This document shows positions 1 through 13,721 of a stretch of DNA of 64,000 nt, piece after piece. The notes under the pieces are model-generated. The model was not told where the DNA came from. It ran no database searches and worked only from the letters and a program-made list of their open reading frames with translations. The translations under genes and the position numbers were made by a program. Positions within the stretch are counted from its first letter, which is position 1. Every line of letters begins with the position of its first letter. The stretch is taken from the NCBI GenBank assembly GCA_030141605.1, contig JAQGDQ010000064.1:672116-736115 (forward strand), in the 5' to 3' direction. This DNA comes from Tubiluchus corallicola (taxonomy: Eukaryota > Animalia > Priapulida).

Positions 1-812
1 AATGTCGGTGTGTACTTGAGATGTATTTATTCTGATTTCACGCATCGCATACTTATTAGGAGATATTTTCCTATTGCTAAACAAACAAAATTTTACATGT
101 ACTGTGTACAATGATGGCAACAAACAAAGTCTGATGTCTCTATTAGCTAGACATTAGATTTTATTAAAAATCGGTACAAATAAAAACAAGTTTGTAATCT
201 GCATCAAAACAACAAGTTTGTTGTGGAAATTAATGAAGTGAATACACTAGGTTCTACACATAGGTAATAGTAAATTTAATACAATGATGTTTCTCTATTT
301 GACTAATGTTTCTAAAGGTAGCAATAACTAGTGATGGGCGATTTTGTAATTCGATTATAATCTTGTTCTTGTAATTCGATATCACGATTATTTTTTGCGG
401 CAATTTTTTTGTGTTATCGTTGTATCTTTTAAACATTGCAGCACTGAAATATAGCCTATAAACTTCATGGGTTCGTCGCTGTCTGCCATTTTCGTACTCA
501 AACTATTTTTATAGACACCACACATATATTAACTCTACTACTTCATAGGAAAACGTTGAACACTCTTGTAGTCTTAAAATAATTATTTTTGTTTCTTAAA
601 GAAGCTTTCACCCTAGCGGGCTCCATCAGTTGCATAGACTGTGCTGGTAACCTGTTGAGTCGCCGATTATATCGTATTATACATGTTTGTAATCTCGATT
701 AATCTATTAATTGTCCATCACTAGTAATAACTATTAAAAACGTGGTTGACTCATAGAAATGCTTGAAACTACACGTCCTGTCTAAGTACAGCAATTTCTG
801 AAAACTTTTCTT

Positions 813-3438
813 CTAGACCTTCTGGAAGTATCTGGTCGCCGCATGTGAACCGATTTGCATAGTCTGAAATACAAAAAAATAAATAGATCAATTTCCCAAA
901 ATGGAAAGACCAAAGAGACCTCACAGAGCCCGAGAGTCGGTGTTTTGTGATCTGCCTGCTTTTCATGCTTTGACATTTCTCCCATTACTGACACCAGAAG
1001 TAAAATGAAATTGGTTAAGTCTAATTAAATAAAGCTAAAAGACCCCTAAAAGAAGCATGTGGTTCGTGTACAATTCAGCCTGAGACAAAAATTGTAACAA
1101 ACTGTAACGAAGTTATCAGCATTTATAGTCTACATGTAGTAGTCATCCACGCGTTAGACATTAAAACTAGGAAATGGGAGAGAACTGAATTAAAGCTTAG
1201 ATCAGGCAATAATGCTTGTCAAAGTTGGAGTCAATTAAGAAAAAATCTGCCATAAGGCAGGCAGTATAATCTGTCTGCATAAAACTTAAATTTCTTGATT
1301 GGTTGGACATGGTTAGGGATTTAGTGACGTCGATAGGTGAATTACTATTCTTAAGAACCTGTAATGTAAGCAGGGTTGGACTTCGGATGTCATGCCTTTT
1401 AGCGTAAGCTAGTAATCTATAAAGATTAAACCGCAGAAACTGCAGCAACGTTCATAAAATAGAAAAATACAGTGTGGTCCAAAAGAAAGAATGTAGTAGA
1501 AATGTAACAAATATGACAAACGAACACAAATTTGAAATTCGTAAGAATATAAAAAATGTGATTATTCTGTTATTATTTTACATTTTTTCACCTTTCGTAC
1601 CATTTAACTTGGTATAATCACGCGTATTGGATTTTGTATGATGTACTCATACTGGTATGCTTATAGCGCGTGTTTGTACACGGTTTATTATCTTGGAACA
1701 ACACCCTGTACTCACAACATTAGTTTAACAACCTTAAATTAAAACTTCTGGGAAATTGGATTTTATGTTAATCAAAACTCACAGCTTTCAGGGTTCCATC
1801 AGCTTGAATTTCCCGAGTGACCGTTTCTGTACCTCTTTCGTCTGAAGCCTTGTGAACCAGCTTTTTTCCGTCTCTTGTAACAATATTCTGTAAATGTGCG
1901 ATCAAAATTATAGTCCCTCAGTCTTTATTCGAAGGTCTAGTTTAGATGCGAGGTGGATAGCCTAGTGGTCACAGCTTGCGATTTGTAGTAGCTATACTTA
2001 TTCGGTGATTTCTGGTGAGTGTTTACCTTGTGTATATCCGTGTCTCATCTAAGAGACATTGCTTCTATAAGGCGCTAGATTCCAGTCTTGCCACAAAGAT
2101 AGATGTTAATAAGTGCTGGATTCTGGCATGCAGTGCGTCGAATTAAATAAAAATGGCAGCGTTTTAGAAAATGTTTTGCTTGATTGTTTTGTACTTTTCT
2201 TCACAGATTAACTTTTTCATGAGGGCAATACTGTAAATTCAATGACACTTACGTTAACTGGAGAACCTGTCACTGACTTGGTTTCGAATTCTTTCCCTAT
2301 GGTGAAATCGTTATCTCTCAGAGTTCTCTTGTCAGTGTACGTCTTCACTTTAAAATTGTCGCCTTTCTCTTCCACGTCCATATAAACAGTTGCCTGAGTC
2401 ACCAAGCCAATGGCTTCATCTGGAGTGCCTGCAGAATCAAACAAAGCGTTGTTCGTTTCAGAATCACCGAATCTGGTCAGATTTTGAAAATAAAATAATA
2501 CTCTTTGTGAGACCTGCCATGATCATAATCGTAAAGAAGACAAGGTGCCCATTGAGTCTCAAACATTTTTATTTTTCACAGGAAGTTTCGTCCTTCAATG
2601 ACTTCGTCAGCTGAAATCTACTTGTATGGCCTAGATCTTGAAAGACCATATCTTGAAATGGATACTTTGCCTTCTTTACGATTATGGTCAGATTTTCTTA
2701 ACACATTATTGTTAGCTAACTCACGTGGCCTATAGCTAGGCCGAAGGAATTTCAAATATTATTATTTGTAATTTACATAACCTAGACTCCGTAATAAAAA
2801 ATAAAAAGCTCATTTCAAAGGAAATAAGCGTTTCAGTCAAAGAAGCTAATGAGTTTTGAGCAGGTAGCATTTTGCATTTAAATACTAAAAAATTCAAAAC
2901 TAAAACTTAATAACAATTATACTTTGATGATAATTTCGGAAATTTTGAAGTACTATCGACTTTTTTCACTAAATCTTACATGCTGTCATACATACTTACG
3001 GGAATTTAGAGTACTGAAAAACACGCAGGACGCGTAGAATTACAAAAAAGATTCTGGTACAAAGCAAGCCAAAGGAGCTATTAGTTACTTGAAATTGCAG
3101 TTGTGCTAACTTCTCGCTAAACTCATCGGAAAATATTCAAATTGATAAGTTTTATTAATGTTCTGGCTCCGCACACTTCAGAAAGTTGAAGGATTAATTA
3201 CAGCTGAGATAAGCGGGAGCATTTGGCACGTGCGGTTTTCTCAATTGCACAGATAAAACACACGAAACTCACCGCGAACAACATTACAAGAGTTTACCAT
3301 AATCGTTTTAATATTTTTACTTTATAAAGTATACTATTGGTTTAATATATAAAAGTTGAAAAAAACCTCACCTCTAGCTTTGAGATACTCTTCAAAGCCT
3401 TCACTTTTGACAAGTTTCCACTTTCCGTTGAAACTCAT
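813..3438 (-). CDS. FABP: Fatty acid-binding protein (iLBP/FABP family), 4 exons, 132 aa
   Basis: Exons 3438-3372, 2428-2253, 1887-1783 and 863-813 all have GT-AG boundaries and sum to 399 nt with consistent phases (1,0,0). Translation: MSFNGKWKLVKSEGFEEYLKARG-TPDEAIGLVTQATVYMDVEEKGDNFKVKTYTDKRTLRDNDFTIGKEFETKSVTGSPVN-NIVTRDGKKLVHKASDERGTETVTREIQADGTLKA-TMQIGSHAATRYFQKV*. It has the FxGxW signature, F-x-I-G-x-E-F, the C-terminal RxF ligand motif and the canonical 4-exon FABP layout. Confidence 0.93.
1470..1708. mobile_element. Possible degenerate Tc1/mariner-type MITE in FABP intron 3
   Basis: TA|CAGTGTGGTCCA ... TTGGAACAACACCCTG|TA: imperfect CAG(G/T)GTG termini flanked by TA. Confidence 0.3.
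1947..2152 (+). mobile_element. tRNA-derived SINE-like remnant
   Basis: A-box-like TAGCCTAGTGGT head and an A-rich tail (AATTAAATAAAAA), in FABP intron 2. The B box is not clear. Confidence 0.3.
2519..2691. repeat. Inverted-repeat (hairpin/MITE-like) element in FABP intron 1
   Basis: GATCATAATCGTAAAGAAGACAAGGTGCCCATT (2521-2553) pairs, with a few mismatches, with AATGGATACTTTGCCTTCTTTACGATTATGGTC (2657-2689). Confidence 0.6.
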
Positions 3439-3524
3439 ATTTCGGCGTGCAGTACATAAACTTCCTTATTTCTTCGTTGTCTTTTTCGCAGGAGCTTGGT
3501 GTCTGCGGGACGATCTGATATTGT

Positions 3525-3532
3525 CTCTTATA
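3525..3532 (-). promoter_or_regulatory. Candidate TATA box of the FABP gene
   Basis: TATAAGAG on the minus strand about 90 nt upstream of the FABP ATG. Confidence 0.5.
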
Positions 3533-6500
3533 AGGTGGTGGGAGATTCTATGATGGACCCTGTTTAGGGGTGTTCAATCGTGCGATTGTCACACGGATAA
3601 GTGTTTAGAATAAGTGTTTCCGCAAAAATTCGGAAAAATGCCGCTGCAAATCTTGTACAATGATTAGTACTTGGCAAATTATATACTGACATTTAAGAAT
3701 TATAGATTTATTTTTGATAATGAGGAGGCGATTATCCCCATTTGCAATTCTTCACCAGTAGCAGAGGACAAAATTTTATGGCTACAGTTGTATCAGCTAT
3801 AAAATATGATTTAAGGTTTTAGAAGCGGGAAGTGTTGACAATAAAGACGTAATTTAGTGTACAATATTAATTCGCTTATCACACCTATAACTAATTCTTA
3901 TCTACATTGGTGTAGTAAAAAATTAGTTGCCCTGAATTGTTGACTAAAGGTGGTATATATCTAGTTCTGCAGGCTTTTCGGGCACATTTATTACTAGTGG
4001 CTCATCTAAATACCTTCTTCGTTCTCGAGACTTAAAAAAAAATTTATTGTCCGAATTACTGTACTATTTTTTAACCGAAAAAACTATCTTACCATTGTGA
4101 CAAGCTTAGAGTAACTTGGCTATAGCTGACTTGACGCCAAAATCCCTCTTCTTCCCATAAACTCAGGCAACATCATTTCAAAACAGTCCACTCACCAGGC
4201 ATGATATCACTTATTTTTTTAGTTACGCTAATAGTTAATGAAGAAAAAGTTATGTTTGAATTTGATGTGTGCCTTTGTCAAATGTCGGCACGATACTGCC
4301 ACATATTGCACGATGTTTTTCCGCTTCGCTACCAGATATTGTCTAGAAAGTTGGTGCCAATAAAGATTGGTGACCGGACTGTGAACCTTGTTACGTCGCA
4401 TTGTCAGTGTAGACACTGGTCCGATTGACGAAAACGTACTGACAACATACACAAAAGACAGGCTTAAAATTTCTACGTAGACCTTCTTTTCAAAATTCCA
4501 GGTAGTTCATAATGTCGTACTGTATAAAGCATAAATTTGTTTCAAATTCTAATTATAATTCAAAAACTCGTTATGTACGAGAAATCTACACCCTCATGTG
4601 CGGGGTTTTGTCCTTGTAGTTTTTTTTAATTTGTTTGTAATGTGAACTGTATTGTAATTTGCATGATCGTCCAGTAAATCTAATTCCATCATCATCATCA
4701 TGGTCCACGAAACTATAAATTCTTATCATAAATCATAAACATATTTATGCGCTTTACTTTGTCTCTGTAACTAAGGCCAAATTTCGTTCTGATGAGCTGC
4801 TAGCTCTATATATCTTCTTGCAACATTCCAAGTTAAGTGACTAATAATATATCCTACTGTAAGGGAAACTGAGATGTTTGAATGATCTATGAGTGTATCA
4901 CACGATTAAATTTCTTGCTAGAGTAAGATCGCAAGGTCAGAGTGTTATAATATTTATTATGATATCAATTTCTTTTTACTGGATGTTTTAAATTGTACAA
5001 TAATAACAATATTTCCATAAACGTGGGGCTAGTTAAATAAAATATATAAACCAATCTTACAGTTACAGGTTATAAAATACTGAAAAGATTAAATTGCTTG
5101 TTGGACTGTTAAACTATATTTATATATGTTAAATGACGACTGAATTACTCATTTAAGTTATGCAACACATCTGGCAGCAGAAGTCTTTTTTATTTATTGA
5201 CATTTAAACATGTATTAAATTAGTCATTAGGTTTCGGTTCCCATATTTCCGCCATTTTTACTAAGCACTCACGATAATGCCAATGTTACTAGAGAGTAGC
5301 GACCAGTCTAGACAGACGGGTGTCGATAGTATTTCTCAATCATTCAGTGAACAATACATATGAGTTTTATTAATCCTATAAATAACGTCTGGACAATATT
5401 CGCTATAAATGCATATATCGTGCCATTGCGCCAAAAGCGAAAAATTGTTTGCCCAATGATAAAACATATTTGCGTGATATAAATGAACGAGATACACCAT
5501 GTTTATAATGAAATGGATCCTATGCTTAATTATACAGTTCTTTTAATGCCGGTCAAGGGAAACAATACGCATTTTCGGACTTTCGTGTTAGCACTCAGAA
5601 AATAAAATAATTTCTGAGTGACGTGAAAATTTCTTAATTTTTATTTAAGGTCTATGTAATGTCATTGATATATATGTACGATTATTGTCATTTTTACAAA
5701 CTGTTTATTTTATGCATATTAATTTCTTTCTTTTTTATGCGTTTATGTAAACTATTCCTTGGTGTATTTTGGTTTACGTACATGGCTGTATATGCTACGG
5801 AAAGAGATAAAATAACTTTAATAGTCATAATGACATGTACAAGTATGGCGGGCATTGCATAGATGTATTGACATTGTCAAAAGCAATGAATTGAGCAGAA
5901 AATCCTTATCAAAACAACAACAGTTACCCTGGATTATTCTTTAACACAGTCTACCTCCTACCTAGTATTATCTGATTATGCAACCAATTTTTTACTTTTA
6001 AGTACCATTCTTTAAATAGCCAAAATATAACCGACCACTCATAATTTAATAAAATGATATCAAGTGCTCATTATCTCTATTATTAGCTATAAATTTTGTG
6101 CAGAGGTTTCAATTCAATGGATAAAGATTATTTACACAGTAAGTAATAAAACTTTTGCAAAAACCTGTAATAAATTTTACCCCACTGCATCTGATTTCTT
6201 CTACCAGTCAACACTATTACTTCAATCTTTAGAGGAAAAGTAAACTGAAAAATTGCTAGTTGTATGAAAATCGGATCTTACCCAATTTATTCACAGTAAA
6301 CATATCTATATTTATACAAAAATAAGTGTTACAAATTACAAACACTAACAAGCCCAGTAATCAAAAAATGTAATAACATGATCAACTGTATCAGATAAAG
6401 GAATATCGTTTACATTGAAGGAAAACAATTTAATGATTAACAAAAGATAGATACTACTTCGATGCAGTTAAAAGATTTTACTAAGCAACAGCTATTGCAC

Positions 6501-6795
6501 AAATTGAAGGTAAACCATAATTATTAAATTAAATAATGATTCTATTTGATGACCACTAAAAATTCAATTAAAAAGACAATTTGATTGGGTTTCTGTTAAT
6601 TTTGCTATCATTGCTTAAGTGACTGCATTAAGATTATAAACACTGTCATATACAAACATTTTAATTTTTTAAATAAAGAAAAAAATAAGAAAAATCAGCT
6701 TAGGAGACAGTAACGATTACTCTATCTCCACATCTATTCTTACAGTACAGATATCTAGAATTTGAAAAGACATTTAACTACAAAACCTTAATGCA

Positions 6796-9708
6796 TTAGC
6801 TCACATCGGAATTCTCTTTGGCTGGCAGAGTAACAAATATAGCTGCTTTTGGCACCCATTGGTTTCTCCCCTCCTTGTCTTTGCAAAGAATGAAGTCACA
6901 TGATGGAAGCAAATGAGGCATAGCACCTTGAACAGAAACATGAACATCATCAACAGCATCAGTCTTGCAACCTGACATTAAGTTAGTCATACTAGACGCC
7001 GGTTGATCTGGTTCAACATTGCTTTTAAAATTAGCTTTTACTAAATTTAAAAATGCAGGATAAGTCGCCTTTTCTGATGATTTAATATTATTTGATGCTC
7101 TTTTATTATTAGTTAGGACTGATGCTAAAGCCCCTTTAGGCGATTCTCTAGTGTCCGATGGTATGCATAATTGATTGACAGAATGAAATTGACTCTTGTT
7201 TGTAGGTGAATCATCCAACCTACAATTGGTTTGCAAAGGTTTCTGAGTTTTTACAACCTGAAGTAGAGGCAAACACTTTCTTTTCAGGACGGATTTTGGT
7301 GCACTTCTGATTTTTATGCATTTGTCGATTAAGTTCGCAGATTTCCTCATGTCTATTGGACTGAGTTGGTTAGGCAATTGCTCAATTTTGTTACATGTTG
7401 AATTTGTGGACGTTCCAGGAGTGTTTAGTAACAGTGTTTTGGAACCAAACTGGTTTTCCGAACTTACTGTAACTTCTGCTGCAACATCATCAATGCAACT
7501 GTCAGTGAACATGTTGTTTGAATCATGTGCTGAGCTAGTACCTACCGACTTTGGAATAAAGCTGTTGCATGTTAAAGAGGGCTGAAGAGAAGCTACTTCA
7601 AGCTCTAGCTTCCGTTTACAGTGTGGTGATACAGAATGTGAAACTACGTTTTTCAGTGAACAAGCATAGGAATTTGGACGGCTACCAACCTGCACTATTT
7701 TCAACCCAGGCGGGATTTGTAGTAGTACACAATTTTCCATTGAATGGGGTTCAACGTGAAGGTCAGAAGATGTGGAGCTTGCAGTGGTTGGTGGCAAATG
7801 TAGTTTACTTGCTGAATGTGTCCGTTTAACAATTAGGGACTTTTCATCTTCTGAGCACATGTTATGTTCTGTCAACTTACTGTTATTATAACAAACAGCA
7901 CTGGTTTTCTCTAATTTACATTCATCAGAGTTTATACTTGACTGATTTAGATCTTCACGAGGATGATGCATGCATTCACCTTGTTGACTCAGCTCATCAG
8001 TTTGTTCAATTTTAATAGTGGAATCTGAACTAAAGCATTTTTCATTGGTATCATTCAAACAACCCTCAACTGTACTGTTATTGTCATTTGCCAAATTATT
8101 AAAAACAAGTTGCTTTTCAGGAGAAAGTTTTTTCCTGTTCAATAGCGGCTTACATTCATTTATATGAACTACATCAATTTCTTCTTCATCGTCAGACATT
8201 GTGGGCTTATCTTTTCTTGTCTTTTCCTTCAAATTGTTTTTATTACCTCCACACCAAAAAGATATTTCACTGGAATCTTTAAAAGGTATGTCTTTCTTAC
8301 GATTATCACTGTGCAATGTAGAAACAGTGGTATTATCATTCAAACTATCACCATTAGCAGAAATGTTGAAATTTGAAACACTTTCATTGGAAGTTTCTTC
8401 ACCATCCAATTCAATATCAATCCACGTTTCTCCACCAAGCGTTTGCAGGCCCGAATAGGTTTTATCAAGCTTGAGATTGTGAACAACATCAACTCGCTTG
8501 TTCCTCGGATCTTTGAAAAATAGCTGTATGCGAATCGGAAACTCTCCCCATCCGTAGCGAGTCAAATGAAAAGGAGATTTCGTCATTTTCACCAGATCGT
8601 TTGGCTTGTAACTCGAGTGTAAAAACACAAAGATTTCCTTTACAAAGGACGTAATATCAGGATCACTGCGAGGTCCACGGAGGTATAACATCCATTTGTG
8701 GGTAACATGGGAATTTTGTTCTCGCTGATTTAGTGGAATGTACTTAGAAACGTTGCCAATTACAATTCTTTTCTTAATCTTGAACCGGGATGACCGAGTT
8801 TCTTCTAACTCAGCCACAGTTCGCGAGGGTGCAATCTGCTTCACTCTGTCAATTATTTTGCTGGCATCTGGCTTACCGTACCAGGATTTCTTATGCTGAC
8901 CCTTTTTCCTTTGCTGAGTAAGTTTTTCTGGACACTGACTTGAAATGTCCATATTACCATAGTTTTTAGACTTTGCCAAACAGTTTTCAAAATTAGGCAA
9001 GCTGTCTTCATTTTCATTAATACTTCCAGGAGATGGTGACAAAACTAGTAACTCATCACATTCATCATCTTGTTCCAACTTTTCAACTGGAAAATTTGAA
9101 CCCATTCCACTGTTTATTTGACTTGTTCCTTCATTCAAAGGGACTTCTTTAAAATCGTTCTTTTCATTTGAAGAGCAGTTGGACTCACTGGCACCAACTT
9201 CTGCTGACGTTGAACTACTTAAAGATGAAGCACGACCTCTGGAATAAACGGAAGATGACTGATGTGGAAGCATACTTACATGTTTCTTAACACAAGGATG
9301 CAATGGAACCGATCCTTTTTTCTGCAGCTCATTCAATCTTGTCTGTGTGTAGTACTGAACCACAAGACATGCTCGAAGTTTATCGATCATCGTTTTTGCC
9401 TCATGCAAACGTTTATCTGTTAAATTAATTTCTTGCTCTTTGCAATGCAACTCTTGCCCAAACTGATCACAGATGATCCGTTTCACCTTTAACTGTGTTC
9501 TAGATTCGTCAATGCTCTTAGACAGGAAAGTGCGATCACAGCTATCTTTGGGAATATGGAGTTTGAGCTTTTTACTGCACTGTTCAACGGTGCCGGATGC
9601 TTCTTCTAAACAGTGATGACAATCAAGTTCTGGCTTAATGGCTGCATTGCAAGTCTTAGTGTCACTCACAGTGACAAAGTTGTTGATCTCATTTTTCTTC
9701 ATTTCCAT
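6796..9708 (-). CDS. YEATS2: YEATS domain-containing protein 2-like (ATAC complex acyl-lysine reader); visible CDS in one exon
   Basis: The 1038-aa ORF has the YEATS2 N-terminal coiled coil ([35 protein letters not shown]...LHPCVKK) and the YEATS domain ([14 protein letters not shown]...[10 protein letters not shown]...[12 protein letters not shown]...[37 protein letters not shown]). The first ~56 codons look intronic: an acceptor TTTTACAG| opens the exon at 9743 and the likely ATG is at 9708. Confidence 0.88.
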   Translation of the reverse strand: MEMKKNEINNFVTVSDTKTCNAAIKPELDCHHCLEEASGTVEQCSKKLKLHIPKDSCDRTFLSKSIDESRTQLKVKRIICDQFGQELHCKEQEINLTDKRLHEAKTMIDKLRACLVVQYYTQTRLNELQKKGSVPLHPCVKKHVSMLPHQSSSVYSRGRASSLSSSTSAEVGASESNCSSNEKNDFKEVPLNEGTSQINSGMGSNFPVEKLEQDDECDELLVLSPSPGSINENEDSLPNFENCLAKSKNYGNMDISSQCPEKLTQQRKKGQHKKSWYGKPDASKIIDRVKQIAPSRTVAELEETRSSRFKIKKRIVIGNVSKYIPLNQREQNSHVTHKWMLYLRGPRSDPDITSFVKEIFVFLHSSYKPNDLVKMTKSPFHLTRYGWGEFPIRIQLFFKDPRNKRVDVVHNLKLDKTYSGLQTLGGETWIDIELDGEETSNESVSNFNISANGDSLNDNTTVSTLHSDNRKKDIPFKDSSEISFWCGGNKNNLKEKTRKDKPTMSDDEEEIDVVHINECKPLLNRKKLSPEKQLVFNNLANDNNSTVEGCLNDTNEKCFSSDSTIKIEQTDELSQQGECMHHPREDLNQSSINSDECKLEKTSAVCYNNSKLTEHNMCSEDEKSLIVKRTHSASKLHLPPTTASSTSSDLHVEPHSMENCVLLQIPPGLKIVQVGSRPNSYACSLKNVVSHSVSPHCKRKLELEVASLQPSLTCNSFIPKSVGTSSAHDSNNMFTDSCIDDVAAEVTVSSENQFGSKTLLLNTPGTSTNSTCNKIEQLPNQLSPIDMRKSANLIDKCIKIRSAPKSVLKRKCLPLLQVVKTQKPLQTNCRLDDSPTNKSQFHSVNQLCIPSDTRESPKGALASVLTNNKRASNNIKSSEKATYPAFLNLVKANFKSNVEPDQPASSMTNLMSGCKTDAVDDVHVSVQGAMPHLLPSCDFILCKDKEGRNQWVPKAAIFVTLPAKENSDVS

Positions 9709-10285
9709 GATTGCACTTTTAAAATTGTTAATTTCAGCAATTCCTGTAAAATAAGAAAGTGTTGTAAACATATTTGGCTTTAAAACTGAGAAGCATGCTA
9801 ATTCAACAAATTCAGATAAAAACATAATAATGACTGCGTAATCCAGGCTGGAAAACACATTCTGCCACATGCTAACACCTATCAGCACTAATGTACAATA
9901 CTTGTACTCCATGCAGATAAATTTTGTAATTAAAATGCACGAAATGTTGATGTTTTAAAGACATAATACATTATATGGGGCGTTATCATGGTAGAAATAG
10001 TATGGCTGTCTGTCACTTAAAAAATGAATAACAATTCCGTTTGTGTAAATAACATAAACATATGCCGTAACACTACAGTCGTTAATTTTCTGATGACCAT
10101 ACCCGTGCCAGCAAAAATTTCCCAATTGGATATGAACCAAATTTACCACACAGATCCAGTCTCGAGTGAGATTACAACAGTACTGTATAGATTTGTGCAG
10201 TAACTTTGTTTAGCTAGTACCCATACTTCATTTACTTTTAGAGGCAAATTACCTGAATCAGGGCAAATCACTATCTGAGAAATTT

Positions 10286-11059
10286 AAGGAGTGTTACCGA
10301 AACTGAATTTACAAACTGAAACCGAAATGAAATAAGACCGAAACATTTATGCAAAACCAACTATTATTAGAAAAAAAGAAAATGAAATAAGACCGAAACA
10401 TTTATGCAAAACCAACTATTATTAGAAAAAAAGAAAATTCTAAAATAAGTAAAATATTTTGTTTTTTGTTTGTCTGCTTTTATTTGCTGTGATGCAAAAT
10501 TACTGATAAAAACACAAGGTTGTTTTATAGTATAGAACCTCAAGTTTGATGGAGTGGCTTACATTAGAAAAATTAATGTGTTACAACGTTTTTAGATTTA
10601 AGTATCCTTACTGATTAACGTTTAAAGATCATAATGCATCATTAAAAATAAACCAATTTTATTTTGTTGGCTCTATTTCATAAATTATACAATTAAACAC
10701 GATCTTTTGCTCAAATAAATTCAAACGTGGTTTGATATCTTGGCTGATTGGGCCTGGAGACCCTAAAACTTCACAGTGGTCAGCACTGAAGATACACCGC
10801 ATTGCTGTGAAAAGTACGTCACAAACTGTTATGTAAACGAAATGTTCGCTTTATTTGAACTATTTTTGCCAAGATCTTTCAGTTTTTGACATCTACGAGA
10901 AAAGAAAAGGTAAACTGGATAAATACGAGTAAAACCTCTAAAAAATGCCACTGCAAATTATCTGAAAATCCGGCTACGAAACTTAATAAATTTTGCTGAA
11001 ACTGAAAGCAAAATTGCAATTATCGGCAAACCGAAAATTTCGCTTGAGTAACATCCCTG
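10286..11059. mobile_element. Degenerate non-autonomous DNA transposon (hAT-like termini) with an internal 55-bp tandem duplication
   Basis: Imperfect TIRs AAGGAGTGTTAC / GTAACATCCCTG, repeated ACCGAAA/ACTGAA subterminal motifs, and an exact duplication at 10326-10380 and 10381-10435. No clear TSD. Confidence 0.45.
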
Positions 11060-11229
11060 GATCATAAATAAGGGTACTGGTAACTATTTTACTTGGCTCC
11101 AAGGTAACAGTTTGCTACAGGTATCAATTTTAATCTGCTTGTAGGGCAGGAAATGATCTGTTGAGGAGCTCTTGTAAGTCAGCTGCCCCTTATTCAAGAT
11201 ACAAATAACACAAGTTAGTTAATCAGGAA

Positions 11230-13671
11230 TGATGAATATCTATGAACTATGAATTTTATTTCTCACATCAAAAAATACAATATCAAACACATTAATGAAC
11301 TTTAAATAAAATAATTTGAGTAGTGCGAGGTGAGTGCACGACCATGCGGTCATTAACACACTCACCTTACTTAAATAAAAAATGATTATAGTTACGCATG
11401 CTGCTGTAGATAACTTAATCTAAATAAGGATGAAGTAAATGATGTAATAATAGCAATGGTATAAGAGCAATAAACCTGAAAGTTGAGAAAGGAAAACATA
11501 ATATGTAATTAAATAGTTACGAGTATGAATTATGTGATTATCTTGTCAGATAATCTCTTCTCCCCCACTTAAATTTGGGTATATATATATATATATATAA
11601 TATATACATACCCAAATTTAAGTGGGGGAGAAGAGATTAAATTATACATTATACCTGTAGTAATGACTATAATTGTATAGAACATTTAAATATAATTGAT
11701 GGTAGTAATGTAGCCTTCATAACCATAAAAATGGGCTATGGGGAAGGAGGGGGGCAAATTATAAGAATATAAGTGATTCATTAGCAAAATTAATGCTACA
11801 ATAATACATTCAAAATTTTTTTGTATCACTGGCATTTGCTGGCTATAAGCTAAGAGCATTTTCCAAGTGGAAACAGATACAGATATAGGCTGCGATGAAT
11901 GAATAATTTCATTTTAATTGATTTATACCTTTTATTAATAAAGTAACAAAAGTCGTAAAGATACCTATTAGTAAAAGAAAAACATTAGTGCAAAAAGACA
12001 CACGTGCTCAAAAAAGAGAAAAAACCTCTGGCTTTCTACACGATTGAATATTTACTAATTAAAAATATCTTATATTGTTTGGTAGCTATTTTTAAAGAAG
12101 GAGAGGAAATGATTGTCTTAGGCACACTATTCCACAAAATAACTCCATTGTGCTGTAAGGTATTTAAGCCATACGCTGTGTTAAATCGTGTTTGAAAATA
12201 GTGTCCCATACTGGAAGACCTAGTATAGTGAGAGTGAACATCTTTGATTAAGATAAAGTAGTTAGTATATAATTCAGGCAACTGCCAGTTATTATACTTA
12301 TACATGAATTTAAATAATTCAAGATTATAAATATCTTCTATTTTCAATAAACTAAGGTGTATGTATGATGGTGTTGCATGTCTCTGTAATTGGCGAAAGC
12401 CATGTATTTAACTATTTTATTCTGAACTGTTTAATAGTGGTTGTAATAAGTGTTTTTTTGTTTGCCACCAAGACAACACACAGTATTGGAGGTACGGATA
12501 GACTAATGCATGGTAGATCATTTTCAAAATAGGCAAATTAATAAAATGTCTTAACTTTGCAAAAATACCAGCTGTTTTGTTTAATTTTGCTGCTGTAGAG
12601 GAAATGTGGGTAGACCACTTCATATTGTTGTCAATATGTAACCCAAGGTATTTTATACTACTACTTTGTGTTAGAGTTATGTTGCCAATTTTGAGTTCAA
12701 AAGTGGAAGAGTCTTGTTGTGAAAGGTTCCTACTGATTAACATATACTTAGTTTTAGTGTAATTAACTGATAATTTATTTGCTTTCATCCAGTCATCAAT
12801 CTTTTTTAGTTCGTTGTTAGTGCGATGTTGTAAAGTTGAATAGTTAGTAGATGTGAGGAAGAGACTTGTCATCAGCGAAAAGACAAGTGTTAAAATCAGT
12901 AGCAAGAGTTAGGTCATTGATATAGATCATAAAAAAGCAGTGGCCCAAGAGTGGATCCTTGAGGTACACCACAGTTTGTCTAGCAAATCAGAGCATGTAT
13001 TGTTAATAGTGGTGAACTGTAGTCGGTTAGTTAAGTAAGATTTCAAGAGATCCAAGAGGAGGCCTCTGATTCCATAATAATGTAATTTATGTAGTAGAAT
13101 ATCATGTTGGACTGTGTTAAAAGCTTTAGAGAAATCTAAGAATATTGCACAAGTGAATAGTTTTTTGTCTAAATTTAGAAGCATATTTTCAACAAATTCA
13201 GAAGTAGCTAACGAAGCGGAGTAAATTTTGCGAAAACCAAATTGAAATTTTGTTAGTATATTACATGAGGTGAGAAAATTGTTAATGCGATTACAAATAA
13301 TATTTTCAAAAATTTTGGAAACTGGTGACAGGTGAGAAATTGGACTGTAATTTGATAGGTTGTTTGGCAAATCATTTTTATAAAGTGGTTTTACTTTAGC
13401 TACTTTTAGACATTTAGGAAAGGTTCCTTCAGAAACTGCCATATTAAATAATCGAGAAAGTACTGGGACAATTAAATCAGTTGCTAGAATTTAACCGGGA
13501 CATTTTCTGGGCCAGGCGATTTATTTTCGCTAAGTTTTTAAGAGACAACAATGTTTCAAATTCAGAGATAGGATAAAAGAAGACAGATTTATCATTTGGA
13601 GCATTTAATAATGATTGGTAGGTCTTCGAAGTAGATGGGATTTTATTGACCATATTACTACCTAATGTCAT
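11230..13671 (-). mobile_element. Degenerate 5'-truncated CR1/L2-type LINE (RT fragment plus 3' UTR)
   Basis: Frameshifted ORFs 13477-13671, 12927-13442, 12417-12905 and 12036-12347 carry RT motifs (FPKCLKVAKVKPLYK, QFGFRK, AIFLDFSKAFNTV, VPQGS, IKYLGLHID). There is a 3' stem-loop near 11325-11370 and AATAAA followed by a short tandem tail at ~11230-11260. Confidence 0.85.
11551..11639. repeat. Perfect 32-bp inverted repeat around a (TA)n spacer
   Basis: TAATCTCTTCTCCCCCACTTAAATTTGGGTAT (11551-11582) has its exact reverse complement at 11608-11639. Confidence 0.9.
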
Positions 13672-13721
13672 TTGACTCAGTCAGTAATCTGCATGATTAT
13701 TACCAGTATTTCTTCGAGGCT

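Noticed and set aside
7316-8458. Plus-strand ORFs overlapping YEATS2 (and similar ORFs antisense to MTHFD1 and the GPCR)
   Set aside because: These are antisense shadows of real coding sequence, with no independent motifs.
9744-9912. Hydrophobic, signal-peptide-like N-terminus of the 1038-aa ORF
   Set aside because: It lies upstream of a good splice acceptor and is not expected in nuclear YEATS2. It is most likely intron read-through.
10326-10435. Direct repeat that could suggest a CRISPR-like array
   Set aside because: It is two adjacent 55-bp copies with no spacer, in eukaryotic DNA, inside a MITE-like element.
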